The notes under the pieces were generated by a model. It did no database searches and was not told where the DNA came from. It saw only the letters and a list, made by a program, of their open reading frames with translations. Both the position numbers and the translations under genes were made by a program. A stretch of DNA of 64,000 nt from Chloroflexota bacterium (GTDB taxonomy: Bacteria > Chloroflexota > Anaerolineae > 4572-78), in the NCBI GenBank assembly GCA_011192195.1, contig DUEH01000003.1, forward strand, positions 3,734-67,733, given 5' to 3'. Below are positions 1 through 9,839 of this stretch, in pieces (the stretch's first letter is position 1; each line of letters starts with the position of its first letter).

Positions 1-2441
1 CCTTCAACACGGCAGCAATAGCGCTGCAACAAACAGCGCACTCTGAAAACGCTGTTTTTAGCACCTTTCAGGAACAAATAAGCGCATTGGGGATGCGCGG
101 CGCTATTGGGACATTTGATGCAAGCGGCGAGCGTATCACCCTTCACGCTATTGCTATGCCCCGCCCTTTAAATCAGCTATTGTCCGGCCTGGAAAACCGC
201 TTGGGTGTGCAAAGAGAGGGCTATTCCTTCGTCTGGAAAGAGGTGGATATCTACGCGCAAGTGATCCACAGCCGGCAGCCTGTCTACATTCCTGACAGCA
301 ATGCCAGCATCGCGCAAATAATTCCCCAGAAGGCGCAGCCACTTGCAAAAGGCATTATGGCGGCTCTGGACGGAACGCCTGTCATCTACGCGCCGCTCTT
401 AATGGAGGGGGAGGCGCGAGGGGCGCTCAGCATCGCCGGGCCTGATTTGACTCCGGATGACCTCCCGACCTTGCAAGCCTTTGCCAATCATATTGCCATT
501 GCTCTTGAGAACGCGCGTTTATTCTCGGCGCTGCAAGAGAGCGAAGAACGATATCATTTGCTGTTTGAGCAGAGTACGGTTCCTATGTACTACACCACTC
601 TGGAGGGGCAAGTTCTGGATTGCAACGCTGCTTTTGCTAAGCTCTTGGGCTATGACTCGCGGGAAGAAATTCTGGATTGCCAGGCAACGGAGTTTTATTT
701 CAAGAACGCCGACCGGAAATCATTCATTGCTCAACTAAAAGGGCACGGCATACTGAATAATCTGGAAACCCGTATGCGACGAAAGGATGGCGCGCCGGTT
801 TGGATTCTGGAAGAAGTGAGGCTGATCGAGGAAAAAGGCGCGCCGGCTCGTATTCAGGGAACCGCAATTGACATCACCAAGCGGAAACAGGCGGAAGATG
901 CGCTGAAAGAAAGCGAAGAACGCTTTCGGCGGCTGTTTGAGGATTCGGCAGACGCTATTTTGTTGCTGGAAAAAAATCGTTTTGTAGACTGCAATCAAGC
1001 CGCGCTGAAAATACTGGAATTAGATTCCAAAGAGCAACTACGCAATACCCATCCTGCCGATGTCTCCCCGAAACGACAAGCCGACGGGCAACTGTCCACA
1101 AAAAAGGCGGAAGAAATGATTACCCTCGCCTGGGAAGAAAACAGGTATCGCTTTGAATGGATACATCGTCGCGCTAACGGCGAAAATTTCCCGGTAGAAG
1201 TACTCCTTACGCCAATGGTACATCAAGGCAAAAAGATGCTGCACACCGTTTGGAGAGACATTACCGAGCGCAAAAAACTGGAAGAACAACTGCGCCAATC
1301 GCAAAAAATGGAAGCGCTGGGACAATTGGCCGGCGGCGTGGCGCATGATTTCAACAATATGTTGACGGTTATTCAGGGATACAGCGGCTTATTGCTGAAA
1401 AACCTGGATAAAAATTCACCGGCTCATAAAGATATCTCGCAAATTCAGGGGGCGGCAGAACAAGCTGCTATGCTGACCGGTCAACTACTGGCTTTTAGCC
1501 GCAGACAGATTATGCGCCCTGCCCTTATAAATATCAATGAGCAGATAGCGGCCATGAAAATAATGTTAAGCCGAGTAATCAGAGAAGACATTACGCTGCT
1601 CACCGTACTGAATAAAAACCTTCCGCCTATCAAAGCCGATCAGGGTCAGATCAAACAAGTGATTATGAACTTGTGCGTTAACGCCAGGGATGCAATGCCT
1701 GAAGGCGGGAAACTGGTCATCAAAACAAAAAAGGTATTTGTTGGCCAAGGGGAACTTGCCGGCCTGAAAGCCGGGATTTATGTTCTCATTTCGGTTAGCG
1801 ACACCGGAGGGGGAATGGACAAACAAACACAATCACGCATTTTTGAACCATTCTTCACCACCAAAGAGCAGGGGGAAGGAACCGGACTGGGATTGGCTAC
1901 TGTCTATGGTATTGTAGAACAAAGCGGGGGACACCTTTTTGTAAAAAGTCAGCCAGGGCAGGGATCAACATTCAACGTCTATCTGCCTGCCGCTCAAGCC
2001 TTCGATCCACTGCTGGACACAGGTCAGTCACTACCCGCTCAACCGGAAGGCACAGAAACTATTTTGCTTGTGGAAGATGAAGATATTGTTCGAAGATTAA
2101 TAGCTAGAATACTACACGAAGCAGGTTATACCGTACTGGAAGCAGCAAATGGCAAAGAAGCGTTGTTGTTAATTCAAACCCAAAATGCGCCCATCCACCT
2201 CCTGCTAACCGATGTGGTCATGCCAAAGATGAATGGGCGCGAATTGGCAAAAAAATTCCGCCTGCTTTACCCTCTAGCCGGGATTATTTATATATCCGGT
2301 TACGTAGACAATGAAAACATCCACGCAGAAATAGAGCAAGGTTACGCTTTTCTCCAAAAGCCCGTTTCTCACACTGCCATACTGCGCAAAATACGCGAAG
2401 TATTGGATGCGCCTAAAGGTCAGGTAAAAAGCGCCCGATGA
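1..2441 (+). CDS. Hybrid sensor histidine kinase/response regulator (GAF-PAS-PAS-HisKA-HATPase_c-REC); 5' end lies outside the window
   Basis: Frame 3 is open from nt 3, with no stop before the listed TTG at 87. H-box '[12 protein letters not shown]'; N/G boxes '[10 protein letters not shown]', 'SDTGGGMD', 'GTGLGLATV'. C-terminal receiver '[10 protein letters not shown]...[13 protein letters not shown]'. Confidence 0.9.
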   Translation, partial: FNTAAIALQQTAHSENAVFSTFQEQISALGMRGAIGTFDASGERITLHAIAMPRPLNQLLSGLENRLGVQREGYSFVWKEVDIYAQVIHSRQPVYIPDSNASIAQIIPQKAQPLAKGIMAALDGTPVIYAPLLMEGEARGALSIAGPDLTPDDLPTLQAFANHIAIALENARLFSALQESEERYHLLFEQSTVPMYYTTLEGQVLDCNAAFAKLLGYDSREEILDCQATEFYFKNADRKSFIAQLKGHGILNNLETRMRRKDGAPVWILEEVRLIEEKGAPARIQGTAIDITKRKQAEDALKESEERFRRLFEDSADAILLLEKNRFVDCNQAALKILELDSKEQLRNTHPADVSPKRQADGQLSTKKAEEMITLAWEENRYRFEWIHRRANGENFPVEVLLTPMVHQGKKMLHTVWRDITERKKLEEQLRQSQKMEALGQLAGGVAHDFNNMLTVIQGYSGLLLKNLDKNSPAHKDISQIQGAAEQAAMLTGQLLAFSRRQIMRPALININEQIAAMKIMLSRVIREDITLLTVLNKNLPPIKADQGQIKQVIMNLCVNARDAMPEGGKLVIKTKKVFVGQGELAGLKAGIYVLISVSDTGGGMDKQTQSRIFEPFFTTKEQGEGTGLGLATVYGIVEQSGGHLFVKSQPGQGSTFNVYLPAAQAFDPLLDTGQSLPAQPEGTETILLVEDEDIVRRLIARILHEAGYTVLEAANGKEALLLIQTQNAPIHLLLTDVVMPKMNGRELAKKFRLLYPLAGIIYISGYVDNENIHAEIEQGYAFLQKPVSHTAILRKIREVLDAPKGQVKSAR

Positions 2442-3163
2442 ATTTCAGCCGTAACCGCTTGCGGATCCGCCGATTGCCACACCCGTCGCCCAATAGCTAC
2501 ACCGGCAGCCCCGGCGGCTGCAATATCTTCAACCAACGAGGCTGTAGACTCCCCTTCTTTTTTAGGCCCGCCGGCAACAATAATCGGCACGGGATTGGCC
2601 GACACAATCTCTGTAAAACTTTTTACATCGCCGCTGTAATTGGTTTTTATGACATCCGCGCCAATTTCCATCCCAATGCGGGCGGCGTGAGCAATGGCCT
2701 CCGGCTCATAGAACCTGTCGCCGGGCGGCATCATTTCAGCCACAACGGGCATATCGTAAGTCTGACTGGCGTCAACCAACTTTGCCAACCAGCGATAGAT
2801 TTCCACATCTCCGGCGCGGCCAAAAAAGACCGAAACCGCAATGGCGTCGGCGTCCATGCGCAGCGCTGTTTCCAGCGAGGAGATGGGCGTTTCCTGCGCG
2901 CCGTCCTGACTCAGTCCGGCGGTAAGGCTGACCCGCAACACTATTCCCACCGAAGGCGGAACAATTGGCGCAACCGCCTTGTAAAAGCCGGGAGAAATTA
3001 GCAGCGCATTCGCTCCCCCTTCAAGAACCGCCTTGACAATGGTCTGCGGACGGTCAATTCCCTTTACCGGCCCCAACCACCCGCCGTGGTCCAATGGCGA
3101 TAGCAAACAGCGTTTTTGTTCGCCTACAAAAAGGCGATTGAGTCTTCTTAGTCTTCCAATCAT
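2420..3163 (-). CDS. Class I aldolase, DhnA/LsrF family
   Basis: 247-aa ORF with TIM-barrel class I aldolase features: 'GADVIKTNYSG' (Schiff-base Lys context) and 'PIIVAGGPK'. Its 3' end overlaps the convergent kinase gene by 22 nt. Confidence 0.8.
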   Translation of the reverse strand: MIGRLRRLNRLFVGEQKRCLLSPLDHGGWLGPVKGIDRPQTIVKAVLEGGANALLISPGFYKAVAPIVPPSVGIVLRVSLTAGLSQDGAQETPISSLETALRMDADAIAVSVFFGRAGDVEIYRWLAKLVDASQTYDMPVVAEMMPPGDRFYEPEAIAHAARIGMEIGADVIKTNYSGDVKSFTEIVSANPVPIIVAGGPKKEGESTASLVEDIAAAGAAGVAIGRRVWQSADPQAVTAEIHRALFT

Positions 3164-3190
3164 AGGTAATACTCCCGTTTCAAAAGTTCA

Positions 3191-3258
3191 ATTTACGATT
3201 TACGATTTACGATTTACGATTAATTTGGATGCGCCGCCTTAATCGTCAATCGTAAATT
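3191..3258. repeat. Imperfect hairpin with heptamer-repeat arms, (ATTTACG)n class
   Basis: Left arm is atttacg x4 (3191-3223). Right arm ttaatcgtcaatcgtaaatt (3239-3258) matches the reverse complement at 18/20. It fills the spacer between the kinase stop and the aldolase start. Confidence 0.85.
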
Positions 3259-3317
3259 GGTTGGATGCAACCAGTTTTGCAAGAGCGATAATTTTGTTAT
3301 AGAAACACCTTAAGCGG

Positions 3318-4787
3318 CTAAGACAATCTCTCTGCCGCAAAATCGGCCAGCAGACGGTAGCGATGATAGCCTTTGGCGTAAATAGTGGCTAATTCCAGGC
3401 GCGGTTCCAGGCGCAGCGGCCTGTCAAAGGTGCGGCGCAACGCGGCGTCAAAGGAATCATTCACATTCAGCGCGGTGATGCAGTAGGCGTACAAAGGGCG
3501 GGTAACGCTTTCTTGCCCGCCAAAAATCAGCAGGGGACGCTGGCGCACATCGGCTATAAGTTGCGCCCAAAAAACGCTGCCGGCTGCGCCGCCGGAAAGC
3601 GCAATCTCTTGAACCGAAGCGCCTAAATCCTGACTAATTTCTATCAAATGGCGCAAGCTGTAGGCCACGCCTTCCATCACTGCCCGCAATATGTGCGCGC
3701 GATTGTGTCTGAAACTCAATCCGTAAAAGCCGCCGCGCAGCGCGTCGTTCCAGTAGGGGCTGCGCTCTCCATTGAGAAAGGGGAGAAAAAACAAGCCCTC
3801 CGCGCCGGGCGCAACGCTGCTTGCCGCCGCCGTTGCTTCTTCCGGCGACAGCGGCGCTTTGTCATCATAAAACGCTCGGCGCGCCCAATCCAATGACGCG
3901 CCGCTGCTGGATAACACCCCGTTCAGTAAGCGATAGGGCAAAAAGGGATAGACGTACATCCGTCGCTGTGGATCGTCAACGGCAAGAGAAGCCGGGATCA
4001 GGCTGGAAATCATCCCGGAACTCCCCAGCGATGCGCTGAAGCGCCCAACTTTCGGCGGCGAGGCTCCCATCAAGGCAATAACGTCGCCGGCGCCGACAAT
4101 TACCTTTGCCTGCGGCGCCAAGCCCAATTCAGCCGCCACCGATGGTTTCAGCGCGCCGGCGTCGTCGCCAGCCTGGCGCAGCGCAGGCAGAACAGCGGCG
4201 GAAAGACCGGTCAGTTCCAGGCGCTCAATATCCCAGTTGCGCGTGTTCCAATTTAGCAAACCGGCTCCGGCGGCGTCAGTGACATCGGTAAGGAGTTGGC
4301 CGGTCAGCCGGTAACGCAGATAATCTTTAGGCCACAACAGCGCGTGGGTTTGCGCCAACACTTCGGGGCGATGCCGCGCCAACCAGAGCAATTTGGGCAA
4401 GGTATAAGTGGAATTGAACTGGTCGGGCGGCAAATTCAGGCGCGCCTGCAATTCAACGCTTTCCGCCGCTGCCCGCCTGTCTAACCACAAAATAGTGGGT
4501 TGCAACACGCGCCCGGCTTTGTCCAGCAAAACGGCGGTGTGCATCTGCCCGGTCAGTCCAATGGCCTGCGCGCGTTGCAAATCAAAACCGGCGACTTGAA
4601 GTTCGGCCAGGGCAGCGGTCAGCGCGTCCCACCAATCGGTGGGCCTGGCTTCTGCCCAACCCGGCTGAGGCGTTTGATAGCGGTAAGGCTGCGCAGACAA
4701 AGCCAGTACGCTGCCATCGGCGCTGTATAAAACCGCCTTCAACGCCGATGTACCAATGTCAACAGTCAGGATTGTCAGATGTTTCAA
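3318..4787 (-). CDS. FGGY-family carbohydrate kinase (xylulokinase-like)
   Basis: 489-aa ORF. N-terminal 'ILTVDIGTSALKAVLY' and C-terminal 'IALSGGAAGS' are typical FGGY motifs. The start overlaps the upstream dehydrogenase stop by 4 nt. Confidence 0.85.
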   Translation of the reverse strand: MKHLTILTVDIGTSALKAVLYSADGSVLALSAQPYRYQTPQPGWAEARPTDWWDALTAALAELQVAGFDLQRAQAIGLTGQMHTAVLLDKAGRVLQPTILWLDRRAAAESVELQARLNLPPDQFNSTYTLPKLLWLARHRPEVLAQTHALLWPKDYLRYRLTGQLLTDVTDAAGAGLLNWNTRNWDIERLELTGLSAAVLPALRQAGDDAGALKPSVAAELGLAPQAKVIVGAGDVIALMGASPPKVGRFSASLGSSGMISSLIPASLAVDDPQRRMYVYPFLPYRLLNGVLSSSGASLDWARRAFYDDKAPLSPEEATAAASSVAPGAEGLFFLPFLNGERSPYWNDALRGGFYGLSFRHNRAHILRAVMEGVAYSLRHLIEISQDLGASVQEIALSGGAAGSVFWAQLIADVRQRPLLIFGGQESVTRPLYAYCITALNVNDSFDAALRRTFDRPLRLEPRLELATIYAKGYHRYRLLADFAAERLS

Positions 4788-5827
4788 GCGTTACGCTGCT
4801 CCCCGTTGACCTCGATCATAATCTTCAGCCCTTCGGCGTTCCTGACCATTTCAAAGCCGCGTTCCAGTTCTTCCAGCGGCAAAATATGGCTTACCAGCGA
4901 GGCGGTATCAATCAGGCCGTCCTGAATCAAGCCCAGGGCGCGGTGCATATTTTCCGGCGTGCTGTCGGCGGAGCCAGTGAGGATATATTCGTTGTAGTGG
5001 ATCAGGTTGGGGTCAATGCGAAGTTCGTCTTTGGGGTAGATACCGGCAAAGATGTTCAGGCGTCCGCCGGGAGCCAACAGCGGCAGGGTTTGCTCCACCA
5101 ATCGCGCCGAACCAACAGCAATGACGGCGGCGTCCGCGCCCCAGCCATCGGTGACTTCTTTGACAAACTCGGCCAGATTGGTCTCTTTGGGGTTGACTGT
5201 CCAGTCTGCGCCCAATTCTCTGGCCTTTTCCAGTCGCGCCGGAATCAGGTCAACGCCAATGACTTTGGCTCCAAATCGGCGGGCAACCTGCATGTGCATC
5301 AAGCCGATGGGACCGAGTCCGAGCACAATTTCCACATCGTCAGGGTAAAGGCGCAGCATATCCTGTCCGCGCAACACGCAAGAAAGGGGTTCCATAAAAG
5401 CAACGGCTTTCATATCCGCGCCCGGCTTCACCGGATGCACCGACTTTTCCGGGATAAGGGTGTAGTCGGCGTAAGCGCCGCCGTACTGCAAATAGGTGGG
5501 ATTAAGGCAGCGATTGCCCTTGTTCCGGCGGCAGGCTTTGCAGACGCCGCACTTGATAATGCAATCGGCGGTGACGGGCTGGCCTACCTGAAAATGTTTG
5601 ACGTTTTTGCCCACTGCCGCCACGTAGCCGGAGCTTTCGTGTCCCAAAACGCGAGGAAAGGCCACCGATGATTTACCGGAAAAGGCGCGTACATCCCAGG
5701 GGCAAATGCCGGTATAAGCAATTTTGATCAGCACGTCGTTGTCGCCAACATCAAAAATGGGCCGCTGGCGTAATTCTACTTCGCCCGGTTTTTCGCACCA
5801 CATGTGGCGCATCAATTGAGTAGTCAT
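4784..5827 (-). CDS. Zn-dependent medium-chain polyol/alcohol dehydrogenase (sorbitol/threonine dehydrogenase-like)
   Basis: 347 aa. Catalytic Zn motif 'GHESSGYV', structural Zn Cys cluster 'CGVCKACRR', and Rossmann 'LGLGPIGLM'. Confidence 0.85.
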   Translation of the reverse strand: MTTQLMRHMWCEKPGEVELRQRPIFDVGDNDVLIKIAYTGICPWDVRAFSGKSSVAFPRVLGHESSGYVAAVGKNVKHFQVGQPVTADCIIKCGVCKACRRNKGNRCLNPTYLQYGGAYADYTLIPEKSVHPVKPGADMKAVAFMEPLSCVLRGQDMLRLYPDDVEIVLGLGPIGLMHMQVARRFGAKVIGVDLIPARLEKARELGADWTVNPKETNLAEFVKEVTDGWGADAAVIAVGSARLVEQTLPLLAPGGRLNIFAGIYPKDELRIDPNLIHYNEYILTGSADSTPENMHRALGLIQDGLIDTASLVSHILPLEELERGFEMVRNAEGLKIMIEVNGEQRNA

Positions 5828-5842
5828 AGAAAATCCTTTTCT

Positions 5843-5911
5843 AATGGTGAATGGTAAATGATGAATGGTAAACGGTCATTCACCATTCACCATTTACAAT
5901 TTACCATTCAT
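5843..5911. repeat. Imperfect hairpin with heptamer-repeat arms, (AATGGTR)n class
   Basis: Arms are aatggtgaatggtaaatgatgaatggtaaac and cattcaccattcaccatttacaatttaccattcatt. It exactly fills the gap between the permease stop (5912) and the dehydrogenase RBS/start (5827). Confidence 0.85.
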
Positions 5912-6739
5912 TTATCCTTTGTCTGCGCCCATTGTCAGGCCCTTCACAAAGTAACGGTTCAAGAAAAGCGAAATAAACACCGCCGGAATGATGGCAAAGA
6001 TAGACATAACCGCCATAATTCCCCAACTGATCTCTACTGCGCTGAAGGAAGATAAAATTCCCAGAGGCATTGTTTTGGTTTTTGGCGAAGTGAGCATCAG
6101 CGCAAAGAGAAAGTCGTTCCAGGAAAAAATGATGCAGTACAGCGCCGAAGCCATAATGCCCGGCAGCGAAAGCGGCAATGCCACCTTGTAAAATGCCTGA
6201 AAATGCGAGGCCCCATCTACCAGCGCCGCCTCTTCCATTGCTTCCGGCACATCCAGAAAATAACTGCGCATCATCCAGACCACAAACGAGGCGTCAAAGA
6301 CAGTATCCAGAATAATGACGGCAGCGTAAGTTCCCAGCAAGCGCAGATCACGCATCAGCAGGTAGAAGGGGATGAGCATAGCAATGGGGGGAATCATCAA
6401 CAGGAGCAGGAAAAAATAGGAAGATAGGTTGAGGAAAGACGATTTTGTTCGCGCAATGGCGTAACCGGCGGGAACGCCCAGCAGTAGCGACAAAATGGTT
6501 ACGCCGGTGGTGATGATGATGCTGTTGGTCAAGAAGCGTACAATTTTAGTGTTCTGCCATACTTCCTGAAAATTTTTGAACGTGAAATCAAAGAATATCC
6601 ACTGTGGCGGAATGGCAAAAGCATCGCGCCCAAATTTAAAAGCAGTCGTGAGCAGCCAAAAGAGGGGCATCATAAAAAAGATAATGACGGCTACAACGGC
6701 TATATTTCTTAAGATGGTTTCCAGTTTAGATGGTTTCAT
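5912..6739 (-). CDS. ABC sugar transporter permease (CUT1, MalG-like)
   Basis: Multi-TM ORF with an EAA-type loop 'EAALVDGASHFQAFYKVALP'. I prefer the start at 'MKPSKLETILRN' (6739); the longer ORF to 6808 reads through spacer repeats. Confidence 0.85.
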   Translation of the reverse strand: MKPSKLETILRNIAVVAVIIFFMMPLFWLLTTAFKFGRDAFAIPPQWIFFDFTFKNFQEVWQNTKIVRFLTNSIIITTGVTILSLLLGVPAGYAIARTKSSFLNLSSYFFLLLLMIPPIAMLIPFYLLMRDLRLLGTYAAVIILDTVFDASFVVWMMRSYFLDVPEAMEEAALVDGASHFQAFYKVALPLSLPGIMASALYCIIFSWNDFLFALMLTSPKTKTMPLGILSSFSAVEISWGIMAVMSIFAIIPAVFISLFLNRYFVKGLTMGADKG

Positions 6740-6898
6740 AATAAAGGATAAAGGTATCCTCTCTAAAAAGCAGGGCAGAAGTCGAATTTTTTTAAGAAGT
6801 TGCTCCAACTTTCACCTGAGTTGCGTAAAAGTTCGACTTCTTTCCCCCGAGATTTGAAGAGGATACGGATAAAGGATGAAGGCAGAAGGCGGAAGGAT

Positions 6899-6996
6899 GA
6901 AAATTCGGTAGTGGTAAAAAAGTAAGTGATGGAGTCCAAAACTACAGTTTTGAATTCCGCAATCATCACTTACAACTTAACCATTACCGAAAATTC
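6899..6996. repeat. Nested imperfect palindrome with apical CAAAACT-AC-AGTTTTG
   Basis: 33-nt arms at 6899-6931 and 6964-6996. Apical palindrome at 6937-6952. Outer flanks ggatgaaaattcgg and ccgaaaattcattcc are near-inverted copies. Confidence 0.8.
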
Positions 6997-7027
6997 ATTC
7001 CCAAACAAAGTTTAGGGATGAATTTTT

Positions 7028-7103
7028 CGCCCATTCGCCCATTCGCCCATTCGCCCATTCGCCCATTCGCCCATTCGCAAATTCGCCCATTCGCAAATTC
7101 GCC
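7028..7103. repeat. Tandem octamer array (CGCCCATT)n, about 9.5 units
   Basis: Six perfect cgcccatt units (7028-7075), then cgcaaatt/cgcccatt/cgcaaatt/cgcc. It abuts the permease stop codon at 7103-7105. No complementary arm lies nearby. Confidence 0.9.
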
Positions 7104-7993
7104 TAAATTTGTTGTCGTTCCAAAACGATGATATAGAGAACGGACAGGACGGCCACAATGACCAGCAAGATGTTCGCCAGGGCGGCGGCGTAGCCCATAT
7201 TGAAAAAGGTCATACCAACGGTGAAGATATGATAATTAAGAACGGTGGTGGCGCTGCCCGGCCCGCCGGAGGTGGTGGCGTAGATGATGTCAAACACTTT
7301 GAAAGACTGCACGGTGCGCATCAACAGGCCAATGAGCAAGGCCGGTTTGAGCATAGGCAGGGTGATGTACCAGAAGCTTTGCCAGCGCGAAGCGCCGTCT
7401 ACCCGCGCCGCGTCAAAAGGTTCAAGGGGCAGACTTTTGAGACCGGCTAAAAAGATAACCATGAGCAGGGGCGTCCACTGCCAAATATCAATCAGCATAA
7501 CGGCGGGCATAGCAACGGAAATTTCACCCAGAGGCCCGTGTCCAACATCAACGCCCAGTTGTTTGAGATAGTAGGAAATTACGCCAAAATCAGCATTGTA
7601 AAGCGATTTCCAGATCAAGCCCACTACCAGCGGGGTAATAGCCATAGGCATCAATAGAAAAGAGCGAACAATCCGCATCGTTCGCGTTTCGGCGGCAAGG
7701 AGCAAGGCCAGCGCCAAGCCAAACAGCATTTCGATAATTACGGTTCCGGCCACAAAAACGAGCGTGTTAGAGATAGCCGTGATTACCTGCGGGTCTTTGA
7801 AGGCGGTTATGTAGTTTGCCAAGCCTACAAAAGTTTTGGTCTGATCCGGATCGGTCAAACGATATTTGAAGAAACTGATGAAAAAGGAAAAGGCCAGAGG
7901 GTAAATAGCAATAACAAAGACAAATATTAACAGAGGAAGTAATAAGAGAAGATAGTTTGCTTCTTTTCCTTTGAAACGGCGGGAAATGGACAT
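7103..7993 (-). CDS. ABC sugar transporter permease (CUT1, MalF-like)
   Basis: Multi-TM ORF with 'FDAARVDGASRWQSFWYITLP'. Start preferred at 'MSISRRFKGKE' (7993). Confidence 0.85.
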   Translation of the reverse strand: MSISRRFKGKEANYLLLLLPLLIFVFVIAIYPLAFSFFISFFKYRLTDPDQTKTFVGLANYITAFKDPQVITAISNTLVFVAGTVIIEMLFGLALALLLAAETRTMRIVRSFLLMPMAITPLVVGLIWKSLYNADFGVISYYLKQLGVDVGHGPLGEISVAMPAVMLIDIWQWTPLLMVIFLAGLKSLPLEPFDAARVDGASRWQSFWYITLPMLKPALLIGLLMRTVQSFKVFDIIYATTSGGPGSATTVLNYHIFTVGMTFFNMGYAAALANILLVIVAVLSVLYIIVLERQQI

Positions 7994-8119
7994 AAGAAAC
8001 CTTATGCGGCAGGCGACGCAGAGCGTCTGGGTATGCGCTACCACGCTGGAGCGTGGTAACGAGGGAAACCCTCCCCCCCCTCGACTTCGCTCAGGGTAGG
8101 CGCTGCCAGGGAGAGGGAA

Positions 8120-8175
8120 CTGACCGCCGACGACAGACCGAAGACGGTGGTCAACGGTCGGCGGTCGGCGGTCAG
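8120..8175. repeat. Imperfect hairpin with heptamer arms, (GACCGYY)n class
   Basis: Arms are ctgaccgccgacgacagaccg and cggtggtcaacggtcggcggtcggcggtcag. It lies just downstream of the binding-protein stop (8194). It is preceded by a small taccacgc/gcgtggta hairpin (8039-8058) and a C/G-rich pair (8069-8117). Confidence 0.85.
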
Positions 8176-8193
8176 GGGGTACGAAATACGTTT

Positions 8194-9723
8194 CTACTGC
8201 ATTGCTGCTTCAACTTGAGCCTGGGCCTGATCCAGCGCATCTTGCGCGGACATTTCGCCAACAAGGTAGCCGTTGACGGCGGTTCCCAGAGCGTCTTGAA
8301 TCATGCTGTACTGAGGAATACGCGGGCGATAGTCGCCATCGCCCTTCTCAAAGGATTCCAGCAAGATGGGGAACCAGGGGTACTCTTTGTTCAGTTCCGG
8401 GTCTTCCAGCGTGCTGCGGCGAATGGGCGCGCCATCGTGACGGATCCATTCTTTCTGAATTTCAGGGGTAGACAGCCACTTGATGAATTCCCAGGCGGCT
8501 TCCGAATTTTCAGAATCGGCGTTGATGCCAATTCCCCAGCCGCCAAAGCCGTATTTGGGGTCCATACCTTCGGTCACAGGCGCTTTGGCTACATCTACGT
8601 TACCAACTACAGAAGAAATATCAGAGTCTTCATAGCCTGCGCGAGCAATACTCCAGCCTTCCATCATAGCAACATTGCCGGTGCGGAAAGCGGTTTCGCG
8701 CTGGTCCCACCAGTAATCGGTGGCGCCGGGAGGGGCATACTTGAACAATTCGCCAAAGAATTCCAGAATTTCTACGTTTTCAGCAGAGTTGAGGGCGGGC
8801 TTGCCATCGGCGTCCAGAATAGCGCCGCCGTGTTGCTGCACCCAGGCCATGTAGTCTTGCGCCACTGCCGGGCCTTTGGCTCCCAACAGGGCAACGCCGT
8901 AGAAGTCATTGTCGGCGTCGGTGAGTTGTTGAGCGAGCGCCAGTAATTCCTGCTGAGTCTTGGGCGGTTCCACGCCAGCTTCGGCCAGCACGTCTTTGCG
9001 ATAGTTGAGGACGTTGGCGTATCCGGCCAAAGGATAGGCCCAGTGCTTGCCTTCCCACTCGCCCAGAGTCCAGGCAACGGGCATAATATCGTCCAGTTGA
9101 AGTTCAGCCTCGTCCCGCGCCATAAAATCGTCCAGAGGCAGCGTATATCTGTTGGCGGCGTATTCGCCGGACCAAACAATGTCCATCGTCATCAGGTCGT
9201 AGTTGGCGGTGTGGCCTACAAAATCGGCGGTGAGTTTTTGATACAGGTCAACATAGCCCAACTCATCCAGAACAATTGTGATGCCGGTTTCTTCCTCGAA
9301 CTTGGGAATGAGGTAGCGGAAACCGGTGAGGAACTGGTCGGTCATTGTTGCCAGAGTTAATTCTGTCCCGGCAAAGGGTTGTTCGGCGGTGGGAGTTTTC
9401 GCCTGAGCAGCTTCTATCAAGACGCCGGCAGCTTCGGCGCTGGGGATGCACAGTTTCCAGCCTGGCTCAATAATGTTGACATCCTGAATGGCAGCGTAGC
9501 TGTCATCGCTGGCAGCTTTAGCGTTAGTGGCGTCGGCGATGGCCTGGTAGGCCAAAATATCGCCATAAAATTTATCGGCCAGCTTCGACAGCCAATCATT
9601 GGCTTGCACAACAACTTCCGACTCACAGACCACCTCGTCCTGCGCCAGAGCCTGAGAAGAGATCAGACTTAGCAAAAACACCAAAATCATTAGCGCGCTT
9701 GCAATTTTTTTTACTTTCTCCAT
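8194..9723 (-). CDS. ABC sugar-binding protein (CUT1 family) with an N-terminal LysM-like domain
   Basis: Signal peptide '...LISSQALA/QDE' with no lipobox. Residues ~44-104 read 'VVVQANDWLSKLADKFYGDILAYQAIADATN...IIEPGWKLCIP', matching the LysM pattern. The rest is a family-1 extracellular solute-binding fold. An alternative start lies at 9753. Confidence 0.85.
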   Translation of the reverse strand: MEKVKKIASALMILVFLLSLISSQALAQDEVVCESEVVVQANDWLSKLADKFYGDILAYQAIADATNAKAASDDSYAAIQDVNIIEPGWKLCIPSAEAAGVLIEAAQAKTPTAEQPFAGTELTLATMTDQFLTGFRYLIPKFEEETGITIVLDELGYVDLYQKLTADFVGHTANYDLMTMDIVWSGEYAANRYTLPLDDFMARDEAELQLDDIMPVAWTLGEWEGKHWAYPLAGYANVLNYRKDVLAEAGVEPPKTQQELLALAQQLTDADNDFYGVALLGAKGPAVAQDYMAWVQQHGGAILDADGKPALNSAENVEILEFFGELFKYAPPGATDYWWDQRETAFRTGNVAMMEGWSIARAGYEDSDISSVVGNVDVAKAPVTEGMDPKYGFGGWGIGINADSENSEAAWEFIKWLSTPEIQKEWIRHDGAPIRRSTLEDPELNKEYPWFPILLESFEKGDGDYRPRIPQYSMIQDALGTAVNGYLVGEMSAQDALDQAQAQVEAAMQ

Positions 9724-9774
9724 TAGGTTAACAGCCTCCTTGGTAATATTCATTAAGGTTTTACATCATTTGCT

Positions 9775-9786
9775 TGTAGTGCTACA
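9775..9786. promoter_or_regulatory. Candidate GntR-family operator palindrome TGTAG-TG-CTACA
   Basis: Perfect 5+5 inverted repeat between the gntR stop and the binding-protein start. It has the TGT...ACA ends typical of GntR/HutC boxes. Confidence 0.3.
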
Positions 9787-9839
9787 TTCAACGCTGTTTT
9801 TCTTATGGCTTCTCTCACCTCCTTTGCTTCATCAGATTT

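Noticed and set aside
7028-7103. Tandem arrays (also 35665-35720, 51754-51816 and 59108-59223) considered as CRISPR arrays
   Set aside because: The period is only 7-8 nt with no unique spacers, and no cas genes lie in the window. These are simple short-period tandem repeats and hairpin arms.
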